Positions 30,131-37,166 of a DNA stretch of 37,166 bases are shown here, piece after piece. A program made the translations under genes and the position numbers. The DNA is taken from assembly GCA_964509475.1 (NCBI GenBank), contig CAZDXJ010000017.1:1-37166 (forward strand), written 5' to 3'. This stretch comes from an uncultured Methylococcaceae bacterium. GTDB taxonomy: Bacteria > Pseudomonadota > Gammaproteobacteria > Methylococcales > Methylomonadaceae. Numbering within the stretch: the first letter of the stretch is position 1; each line of letters begins with the position of its first letter. A model generated the notes under the pieces. That model had not been told where the DNA came from. It was given only the letters and a program-made list of their open reading frames with translations, and did no database searches.

Positions 30131-31672
30131 ATGAAAGATAAATTGATTATTTTCGATACGACATTGCGTGATGGTGAACAAAGTCCCGGTGCTTCGATGA
30201 CCCGTGATGAAAAAATCCGCATTGCCAAAGCTTTGGAACGTTTACGCGTCGATGTCATAGAAGCCGGTTTCCCCGCTGCCAGCCCGGGTGATTTTGAGGC
30301 CGTGCAGGCGGTCGCGGCAACGGTCAAAAACAGCATTGTCTGCGGCTTGGCCAGGGCTTTGGACAGGGATATCGATCGGGCGGGTGAGGCCTTGCAGGCG
30401 GCCGCTCATGCGCGTATCCATACCTTTATCGCCACATCACCGATTCATATGCAAATGAAATTGAAAATGCAGCCGGAAGAAGTGATAGCGCACGCTGTTA
30501 AAGCGGTAAAACGTGCCCGCCAATATACTGATAATGTTGAATTTTCCCCGGAAGATGCCGGTCGATCCGAAGAGGATTTTTTATGCCGGATTCTTGAAGC
30601 GGTTATCGATGCTGGGGCGGCAACGTTGAATATTCCCGATACGGTGGGTTACAGTGTACCCCAGCAATTTGGGGAAACCATCGCCAATTTAATTGAACGC
30701 ATCCCGAATTCCGACAAGGCGGTATTTTCGGTACATTGCCACAACGATTTAGGTTTGGCGGTAGCCAATTCGCTGGCAGCGGTCATGCAGGGCGCCCGGC
30801 AAGTGGAATGTACCCTTAACGGTCTGGGTGAGCGGGCCGGCAATGCGGCCCTGGAAGAAGTTGTCATGGCCATCAAAACCCGTCAGGATGTTTTTCCCTG
30901 TGATACGAGCCTGAATACAGCCGAGATTGTCAGTTGTTCGAAACTGGTATCCAGTATCACGGGTTTTCCGGTGCAGCCGAATAAAGCTATTGTCGGCGCC
31001 AATGCGTTTGCGCATGAATCCGGTATTCATCAGGATGGGGTGTTGAAAAACAGGGAAACTTATGAAATCATGCAAGCCGAAGATGTGGGCTGGACCGCAA
31101 ACCGTATGGTATTGGGCAAACATTCCGGTCGTAACGCGTTTAAAACCCGGATGCATGAGCTCGGTGTGGAGTTTGCGTCCGAAGAAGAACTTAATGATGT
31201 TTTTTTTCGATTCAAACAATTGGCGGACAAAAAACATGAAATTTTTGATGAAGACCTGCAGGCGCTAATATCCGAGGCCGGTTTTGAGGCAGAAGACGAA
31301 CGTGTCAAACTGATTGCGTTGAAAGTCTGTTCGGAAACCGGTGAGACGCCGGAAGCGACGGTTACGATCCGGATTGCCGATCAGGAACTCAGCGGCAGTG
31401 CGCAAGGCGGCGGGGCGGTTGATGCCAGCCTCAAGGCCATCGAGTCCCTGGTTGAGACCCAGGCCAACCTGCAATTGTATTCGGTCAACAATATTACCAG
31501 TGGCACCGATGCCCAGGGCGAAGTTACCGTTCGTCTGGAAAAGAATGGGCGCATTGTCAATGGTTCCGGCGCCGATACCGATATCGTCATTGCTTCGGCA
31601 AAAGCCTATATCAATGCCGTCAATAAATTGCTGCTGCCGCAGCAGCGCCGGCATCCGCAGCAGGCCGTATAA
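30131..31672 (+). CDS. leuA: 2-isopropylmalate synthase.
   Basis: [24 protein letters not shown]..., HCHNDLGLA and a C-terminal LeuA regulatory domain. The track ORF starts at 30080, but ATG 30131 has GGAG upstream. Confidence 0.95.
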   Translation: MKDKLIIFDTTLRDGEQSPGASMTRDEKIRIAKALERLRVDVIEAGFPAASPGDFEAVQAVAATVKNSIVCGLARALDRDIDRAGEALQAAAHARIHTFIATSPIHMQMKLKMQPEEVIAHAVKAVKRARQYTDNVEFSPEDAGRSEEDFLCRILEAVIDAGAATLNIPDTVGYSVPQQFGETIANLIERIPNSDKAVFSVHCHNDLGLAVANSLAAVMQGARQVECTLNGLGERAGNAALEEVVMAIKTRQDVFPCDTSLNTAEIVSCSKLVSSITGFPVQPNKAIVGANAFAHESGIHQDGVLKNRETYEIMQAEDVGWTANRMVLGKHSGRNAFKTRMHELGVEFASEEELNDVFFRFKQLADKKHEIFDEDLQALISEAGFEAEDERVKLIALKVCSETGETPEATVTIRIADQELSGSAQGGGAVDASLKAIESLVETQANLQLYSVNNITSGTDAQGEVTVRLEKNGRIVNGSGADTDIVIASAKAYINAVNKLLLPQQRRHPQQAV

Positions 31673-31685
31673 ACCCCGCAATGTG

Positions 31686-32417
31686 ATGGATGATACGACG
31701 CGGTTACAATATTTGCATTTATTGGGGGTAACGGTTTGGCGCACAAAGGAGAGCGCCCTGACGGCCTGTTCGCAAAAGCTGGATGAACCGGTTGAGGAAA
31801 AAACTCAAGCACTGAGCGACATACCAACTTCCGGGCAGGATACAGAAACCGCATGGCGCTTGTTGCAAGACGAAATCGAACATTGCCAGGCTTGCCGGTT
31901 GGCACAATCGCGTACCCAAACCGTGTTTGGTTCGGGCAACCGGCAGGCGGACTGGATGTTAATCGGCGAAGCGCCCGGGTTTCACGAAGACCAACAAGGC
32001 CAGCCTTTTGTCGGACGGGCCGGCTTGCTGTTGACCGAAATGCTCAGAGCCGTGGGTTTAAGTCGGGAACAGGTATTCATTGCCAATATTTTAAAATGCC
32101 GGCCACCGGACAACCGCGATCCCAAAGCGGATGAAGTCGAAGCCTGCGCCAATAATTTGCAGCGCCAGATCCAGCTGGTAAAACCAAAAATTCTGTTGGC
32201 TCTGGGACGGGTTGCTGCACAGAATCTGTTGAAAACCGATTTGCCGCTGGGTAAACTGCGCGGTACAGTGCATCTCTTGAACGGGATACCGGTTGTTGTC
32301 ATTTATCACCCGGCTTATTTATTGCGTTCGTTGCTGGAAAAACGCAAGGCCTGGCAAGATTTGCAAATGGCCATGCGGGTATACCGGGATGCAGTGGGTC
32401 ATCAGGCTGATTCCTGA
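31686..32417 (+). CDS. Uracil-DNA glycosylase, family 4 type.
   Basis: GEAPGFHEDQQGQPFVGRAGLLL and the later ANILKCRPP...HPAYLLR motifs are typical of family-4 UDGs. ATG 31686 is in frame, 14 nt after the leuA stop. Confidence 0.8.
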   Translation: MDDTTRLQYLHLLGVTVWRTKESALTACSQKLDEPVEEKTQALSDIPTSGQDTETAWRLLQDEIEHCQACRLAQSRTQTVFGSGNRQADWMLIGEAPGFHEDQQGQPFVGRAGLLLTEMLRAVGLSREQVFIANILKCRPPDNRDPKADEVEACANNLQRQIQLVKPKILLALGRVAAQNLLKTDLPLGKLRGTVHLLNGIPVVVIYHPAYLLRSLLEKRKAWQDLQMAMRVYRDAVGHQADS

Positions 32418-32569
32418 TTTTTTGATTAGCGATTTTAAAAATTATAATAATTATGCGAATGTTCATAGAGCGGGTCAAGCATCTGGTTTTTTATGATACC
32501 GAACGTGATTTTTATGCAAAAGTTTTTCCTGAATCGGTAGAAAAAAAGGAAATTCTGCGTATCCGGCCC

Positions 32570-32995
32570 ATGCGATTGTCCGATTTACCAGCGGTTTTGG
32601 CGATTGAAAGACAGGTCTATAACTACCCCTGGAGTGAAGGCATTTTCAAGGACTGCTTTACGGCTGGATACAGTTGCTGGGTTTGCGAAGACCTGGAAAA
32701 GGTTATTGCGTTCAGCATTCTTTCCATTGCCGCTGGCGAGGCACATATCATGAATATCTGCGTTGATCCAGCCGAACAGGGGCAGGGTATCGGCCGCAAA
32801 ATGATTCGGCACCTGATAAAAATAGCCCGTTATGGCAAGGCGGAGAGTATTTTTCTTGAAGTCCGCCCAAGCAATCACAGCGCCAAGGTGTTATACCAGA
32901 AAATGGGCTTTAATGAAATCGGTATCCGCAAAGCCTATTATCCGGCTGAAAATGGCCGGGAAGATGCGCTGATGCTGGCTTTGGAGCTGCTTTAA
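32570..32995 (+). CDS. rimI: GNAT acetyltransferase, ribosomal-protein-alanine N-acetyltransferase RimI-like.
   Basis: MRLSDLPAVLAIERQV...ICVDPAEQGQGIGRKMI (Q/R-x-x-G-x-G/A acetyl-CoA motif). The track start is 32453; that would add a 39-aa extension atypical for RimI. Confidence 0.7.
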   Translation: MRLSDLPAVLAIERQVYNYPWSEGIFKDCFTAGYSCWVCEDLEKVIAFSILSIAAGEAHIMNICVDPAEQGQGIGRKMIRHLIKIARYGKAESIFLEVRPSNHSAKVLYQKMGFNEIGIRKAYYPAENGREDALMLALELL

Positions 32996-33129
32996 TGTGA
33001 CACAGAGCTAAAAAATAGAAGTCTTATCAAATCTCAATTATAAATCCGGCGTGTCCAGACAGCTCTTTCATTATGGGTTAGATTCTTAATTCGTATTAAA
33101 AATAAATTGTATCTGATCGCCTTCCAGGA

Positions 33130-34275
33130 ATGCAGCTTCTCATGAATGTTTCCCCATCACAAATGCGGTTGCTTTTCTCCCAGGATGATAAGGCCTTAAT
33201 ACAATTGTCGGGAGACTGGACCATGTTTTCTGGGATCGCTGATGTTGCAAAATTGCTGAACCGGATTCAAACCAATAAAATTGATACGATTTGTTTTGAA
33301 ACTTCCAGGCTGGGCGATTGGGATTCGGCTTTATTGACCTGGGTTATGGCGTTGGTGGAGTACTGTGAAAAACACTCGATAACGCTGGACAGAAGCGGTT
33401 TGCCCGATGGCGTTAACCGCTTGCTGAGGTTGGCCCAGGCTGTTCCAGAGCGATCGGATATTCGGCATCAGGTCGAAAGTTCATCGTTTCTGAGCAAGGT
33501 TGGCGAGGATTTTTTTGATGCGGTACAGACAACCGGGGAATTCATTGAATTTTTTGGCGCGTCTTTGCTGGCTTTATATAAATTGGCATCGGGCAAGGCT
33601 GTTTACCGGACTTCCGATTTGTGGCTGATCATGCAAAATGCCGGTGTGCGGGCATTGCCGATTATCAGCCTGGTCAGTTTTCTGGTCGGTTTGATTCTGG
33701 GTTTTGTGGGTGCTGTGCAATTGCAAAATTTTGGCGCCGGAATTTATATTGCCAATCTGGTGGGTATTGCCATGACCCGGGAAATGGCGGCCATCATGAC
33801 CGGTATTATCATGGCCGGACGAACCGGCGCTGCTTATGCGGCAGAAATCGGATCGATGCAGGTCAATGAGGAAGTGGATGCGCTGGAAACATCCGGGTTT
33901 TCGGCAATGGAGTTTTTGGTTTTGCCAAGAATGATCGCTTTGATGTTGATGATGCCTTTATTGGCGGTTTATGCGGATTTGATGGGCATCGTGGGGGGCG
34001 CGTTGGTTGCGGTGTCGGTTCTGGATTTGAGTTTTACCGAATACAGTAACCAGATACTCAAGGTGGTAACCTTGAATGATTTTTTTGTCGGCTTGTTCAT
34101 GGCTTTGGTGTTTGGTGTTATTGTCGCGGTTGTCGGCTGTCTGCGCGGTATGCAATGTGGCCGCAGTTCCCAGGCAGTGGGTTTGGCGACGACTTCGGCG
34201 GTGGTGTCGGCTATGGTAATGATCGTTGTTGCCTGTGCCGTGTTGACAGTTTTATACAATGCACTGGGGATTTAG
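33130..34275 (+). CDS. MlaE/YrbE-family ABC permease with an N-terminal STAS (MlaB-like) domain fused.
   Basis: The N-terminal ~100 aa (ALIQLSGDWTM...SRLGDWDSALLTWV) are STAS-like. The remainder has MlaE-type TM helices and the conserved ...MTREMAAIMTGIIMAGRTGAAYAAEIGSM-VNEEVDALETSG block. Confidence 0.8.
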   Translation: MQLLMNVSPSQMRLLFSQDDKALIQLSGDWTMFSGIADVAKLLNRIQTNKIDTICFETSRLGDWDSALLTWVMALVEYCEKHSITLDRSGLPDGVNRLLRLAQAVPERSDIRHQVESSSFLSKVGEDFFDAVQTTGEFIEFFGASLLALYKLASGKAVYRTSDLWLIMQNAGVRALPIISLVSFLVGLILGFVGAVQLQNFGAGIYIANLVGIAMTREMAAIMTGIIMAGRTGAAYAAEIGSMQVNEEVDALETSGFSAMEFLVLPRMIALMLMMPLLAVYADLMGIVGGALVAVSVLDLSFTEYSNQILKVVTLNDFFVGLFMALVFGVIVAVVGCLRGMQCGRSSQAVGLATTSAVVSAMVMIVVACAVLTVLYNALGI

Positions 34276-34277
34276 CG

Positions 34278-35033
34278 TTGGCTAAGAACCACGCTCATAT
34301 TAGCGTTCGTGATCTGAGCATGGCTTATGGCGATTTTGTCATCCAGAGGGATTTGAATTTTACCGTCAACCGGGGGGATATTTTTATCATCATGGGCGGG
34401 AGCGGTTGCGGCAAGAGTACCTTGATGCGCCATTTGATCGGTTTGAAACGTCCTGCAGGCGGCTGCATTTTGTATGAAGATAAAAATTTTTGGGAATGCG
34501 ATGCCGGGGAGCAGCGCCAAATAAAAAAAATCTTTGGCGTGATGTATCAAAGTGGCGCACTCTGGAGTTCGATGACCTTGCTGGAAAATATTACCTTGTT
34601 ACTGGAACAGTATACCGATCTACCGCCTGTTACCATTCGGCGTATTGCGACCTTGAAACTGGCGCTGGTGGGGTTGCGTGGATTTGGCGGTTTTTATCCG
34701 GCCGAGATCAGCGGCGGTATGCGCAAGCGTGCCGGCATTGCCCGGGCAATGGCGCTGGATCCGGAAATTTTGTTTTTTGATGAACCTTCTGCGGGGCTGG
34801 ATCCGGTCAGTGCCAAAAATCTGGATGATTTGATTTTGGAGTTACGCGATAGTCTGGGCGCGACCATGGTGATTGTAACCCATGAATTGGCCAGCATTTT
34901 TGCCATAGGCGATAATTCGGTTTTCCTGGATGCGCAAACCAAAACCATGGTGGCCAGCGGTGATCCGAAAGTTTTGTTAAAGGAGTGCCAGCATCCGGGA
35001 GTGCGGGCTTTTCTTACCCGGAGTGGAACATGA
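34278..35033 (+). CDS. MlaF-like ABC transporter ATP-binding protein.
   Basis: TTG start in frame gives MLAKNHAHISVRDLSMAYGD.... Walker A GGSGCGKST, signature ISGGMRKRAGIARA, Walker B LFFDEPSAGLD. ATG 34320 is the alternative start. Confidence 0.85.
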   Translation: MAKNHAHISVRDLSMAYGDFVIQRDLNFTVNRGDIFIIMGGSGCGKSTLMRHLIGLKRPAGGCILYEDKNFWECDAGEQRQIKKIFGVMYQSGALWSSMTLLENITLLLEQYTDLPPVTIRRIATLKLALVGLRGFGGFYPAEISGGMRKRAGIARAMALDPEILFFDEPSAGLDPVSAKNLDDLILELRDSLGATMVIVTHELASIFAIGDNSVFLDAQTKTMVASGDPKVLLKECQHPGVRAFLTRSGT

Positions 35034-36001
35034 GCCGGCCAATAAACCCGTCTGCAGTCGGTTTTTTTGTCATCGGTGCGATTGTCTTGATCGTGGCGGC
35101 GGTATTGTTGTTCAGTTCCGGGCATTTGTTGAGCCGAACCTTTACCCTGGTTGCGGTGTTTCCGGGCAGCTTAAAGGGATTGACAGTCGGCGCATCGGTG
35201 GAAATACGCGGCGTGCGCATTGGCAGTGTCAAGGATATCAAGGTATTGACGGATTTAAAATCCAAATCCATCACGGTGCCGGTTTATCTGGAGATTGTGC
35301 GTGATTCTATGGAAGATATGGCGTTCCATTCCAGAGCTTCGGAAGAAAAAACAAAGCAAGAAATGTTGCGGGAACTGGATTCGTTAATCCGGGCCGGTTT
35401 GCGGGCGCAGTTGAGTTTGAAAAGCATGGTGACCGGACAACTGGTCGTGGATATTGATTTTCATCCGGATACGCCGATCCATCTGACCGGCGTGGATGAG
35501 CGCTATCCAGAAATTCCAACCGTAGAGGCGATTACTGACCGGATGATAAACCAGATTCAGAACCTGCCCTTGCAGGATTTGGTGTACAAGGCGGTTCAGT
35601 TATTGGAGAATCTCGATCATTTGCTGAATTCGCAAGATGTACGTGGAACCTTGGCAAACATCCATCAGGCAACGCAACGAACCAATCATTTATTGAAACA
35701 TGTTGATGCCCAAATTGAACCGTTATCAGCCTCTATCCAATCGACATTGACCGGTATTGCAACCTTGACCCGCCATATTGACGGACAGGTACAGCCGGTA
35801 TTGGCGGCGGCGATGACAACACTCAGTGCTGCCCGCAAGACATTACATCATGTCGATGAGTTAATCGGTAAGGATTCAACCACCCGGGCCGATATGGAGC
35901 GGGCCTTGACTGAACTGGCCAAGGCTGCCGCTTCATTGCGAACACTCAGCGATTATCTGGAGCGGCATCCTGAAGCCTTGCTGAAAGGAAAGGGTTACTG
36001 A
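35030..36001 (+). CDS. MCE-family (MlaD/PqiB-like) substrate-binding protein.
   Basis: MSRPINPSAVGFFVIGAIVLIVAAVLLF TM anchor, followed by an MCE domain (VAVFPGSLKGLTVGASVEIRGVRIGSV) and a long helical C-terminus. ATGA overlap with the mlaF-like stop. Confidence 0.8.
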   Translation: MSRPINPSAVGFFVIGAIVLIVAAVLLFSSGHLLSRTFTLVAVFPGSLKGLTVGASVEIRGVRIGSVKDIKVLTDLKSKSITVPVYLEIVRDSMEDMAFHSRASEEKTKQEMLRELDSLIRAGLRAQLSLKSMVTGQLVVDIDFHPDTPIHLTGVDERYPEIPTVEAITDRMINQIQNLPLQDLVYKAVQLLENLDHLLNSQDVRGTLANIHQATQRTNHLLKHVDAQIEPLSASIQSTLTGIATLTRHIDGQVQPVLAAAMTTLSAARKTLHHVDELIGKDSTTRADMERALTELAKAAASLRTLSDYLERHPEALLKGKGY

Positions 36002-36012
36002 GAGGCGGAATT

Positions 36013-36609
36013 GTGAATTATTTGTTTGTCAGGATTGTCCGGTATGGGGCAGGTGTTTTAACGATATTGTTGCTTGCAGGTTGCGGTTTATCGCCTAAAG
36101 CGGAATTTTATCATCTTGATCTGGAATGGATCCCGGCTGCCGATACAGGGCAGGGAATTGTACTGGGTATTGAACCCATCACGCTGGCCTCTTATCTGGA
36201 TCGGCCCCAGATTGTAACCCGCGCAGGTCAATACCAATTGCAGTTGTCGGAATTCAATCGTTGGTCGGAACCGTTGCAAAACAGTATAATCCGTGTTGTC
36301 AAAATTGGGTTGGGCAATTTTCTACATACGCATCGGATTTATCCTTTGCCAAGAAAACATAAAACGACTCCGCTGGATTACCGGATCAGTATTGATATTT
36401 TGCGTTTTGATGGACAGCCTGGTGGCGAGGTAACGCTGGTTGCGCACTGGATCGTGTATGGTCAAAATGACCGTTTTCTGTACAGCAAAATGACGGTTAT
36501 TCATGAATTGACAAATAAAGCGGATTATCGAAATCTGGTAGCCGCACAAAATCGGGCCTTGCAGCAATTGACGCAGGAGATTGCTTTGATAATCAAACAT
36601 TTTTCGTAA
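36013..36609 (+). CDS. PqiC/YmbA-like ABC-transport auxiliary lipoprotein (DUF330-like).
   Basis: Signal peptide with a lipobox (LLLAGCG). Size, and position directly after the MCE gene, are typical of this family. GTG start. Confidence 0.65.
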   Translation: MNYLFVRIVRYGAGVLTILLLAGCGLSPKAEFYHLDLEWIPAADTGQGIVLGIEPITLASYLDRPQIVTRAGQYQLQLSEFNRWSEPLQNSIIRVVKIGLGNFLHTHRIYPLPRKHKTTPLDYRISIDILRFDGQPGGEVTLVAHWIVYGQNDRFLYSKMTVIHELTNKADYRNLVAAQNRALQQLTQEIALIIKHFS

Positions 36610-36703
36610 CGGCTCACCCGGTTGTGTTGTAGCCGGAGCAGGTCATTGATTTATCAGGTCACGTGCATACATCCTTGTCGTTCTGCATAACATCCCAAGT
36701 TAT

Positions 36704-36764
36704 GCAAGTCTGATAAATAAATCAACAACCTGCACCGGCTTTTCAGAGGGGGTGAGTCGATACC
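36704..36764. repeat. Copy 2 of the ~60-bp intergenic repeat, in inverted orientation relative to copy 1 at 17741-17798.
   Basis: Direct reverse-complement comparison with 17741-17798. It lies ~25 nt upstream of the Kazal-type lipoprotein gene. Confidence 0.8.
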
Positions 36765-36788
36765 ATTTTTCCATATAGGAGAGTGCCG

Positions 36789-37046
36789 GTGTATCGAATT
36801 AGAGCAAAAAACCTTATATTGTTGGGCTTGTTTACAGGGTTAAGTGCCTGTGCTTCAAGCCAGCTTTCACCCTCTTTGGCGGCTATGCAATGCCGCGATC
36901 CGAGGCCTGAAGTTTGCACAATGGATTATCTTCCAGTATGCGGGCTGCACGCGGATGGAAGCCATAAAACCTACTCGAATGCCTGTTCTGCCTGTAGTGA
37001 CAGCAAAACACGGGCTTATGATAAAGGCCCGTGCCGTGATAATTGA
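36789..37046 (+). CDS. Small secreted lipoprotein with a Kazal-type serine-protease-inhibitor domain.
   Basis: Lipobox LSAC in MYRIRAKNLILLGLFTGLSAC. Six Cys with Kazal spacing (C-x7-C-x10-Y-x3-C-x2-C-x13-C, core VCTMDYLPVCG...TYSNACSAC). AGGAG lies 7 nt upstream of the in-frame GTG at 36789; the track ORF begins at GTG 36783. Confidence 0.55.
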   Translation: MYRIRAKNLILLGLFTGLSACASSQLSPSLAAMQCRDPRPEVCTMDYLPVCGLHADGSHKTYSNACSACSDSKTRAYDKGPCRDN

Positions 37047-37113
37047 GTAATGTTTGTTGCAAACAGACACAGCGCTGTTTATAATAAACAGATTGATTAG
37101 TCCAAAAGATTTT

Positions 37114-37166
37114 AGGCGCGTAGCTCAGTTGGTTAGAGCACCACCTTGACATGGTGGGGGTCGGTG
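37114..37166 (+). tRNA. tRNA-Val (anticodon GAC), 5' portion; the gene continues beyond the window end.
   Basis: Acceptor AGGCGCG, then D arm TAGCTCAGTTGGTTAGAGC, anticodon stem-loop CACCttGACatGGTG, variable loop GGGTC, and the start of the T arm. This is near-identical to the E. coli tRNA-Val(GAC) internal sequence. Confidence 0.85.

Noticed and set aside
32453-32569. A 39-aa N-terminal extension of RimI from the upstream ATG.
   Set aside because: It is possible. However, RimI homologues start near the MRLSDLP-type segment, and the extension has no recognisable domain. It is kept only as an alternative start.

Overview
This looks like a gammaproteobacterial chromosomal segment of mostly core, housekeeping genes, with a few small accessory insertions. 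I could not run any searches, so all calls rest on motifs and domain patterns visible in the translated ORFs.

Minus-strand genes, in coordinate order:
- an SPFH/band-7 protein with a C-terminal SHOCT-like tail, followed by a tandem zinc-ribbon protein (117-1775);
- a four-gene ABC exporter with an HlyD adaptor, an ATPase and two FtsX-type permeases (1869-6085);
- cbpM-cbpA, then mpl;
- a BrnA antitoxin with a degraded BrnT-like partner;
- a visibly AT-richer 543-aa orphan protein (9257-10888).

Plus-strand genes next: prlC and ubiD.

Then PPK2-type polyphosphate:AMP phosphotransferase (minus), followed by rraA, ispH, a D-cysteine desulfhydrase/ACC deaminase family gene, a membrane hypothetical, and a tandem universal stress protein whose N-terminus appears disrupted.

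A minus-strand run follows: hppA, prmC, a JAMM/MPN+ protein and a membrane-anchored HExxHxxGxxD protein, all abutting or overlapping.

Plus-strand genes to the end:
- ilvI-ilvH-ilvC with a clear terminator, then pssA and leuA;
- a family-4 uracil-DNA glycosylase and rimI;
- an Mla/Mce-like four-gene system (STAS-MlaE fusion, MlaF, an MCE protein, a PqiC-like lipoprotein);
- a small Kazal-type lipoprotein and the 5' part of tRNA-Val(GAC) at the window edge.

Non-coding signals worth following up:
- a ~60-bp element present twice in opposite orientation (17741-17798 and 36704-36764);
- perfect 34-bp direct repeats flanking a hairpin-rich 194-bp segment between hppA and ilvI;
- GGATTTAT(CC) direct repeats upstream of the desulfhydrase-family gene;
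- GAAACGAC-centred repeats upstream of the usp gene.

The best candidate for something undescribed is the AT-rich islet between mpl and prlC (the orphan 543-aa protein plus the decaying BrnTA module). The prmC-JAMM-metallopeptidase operon is the second candidate.
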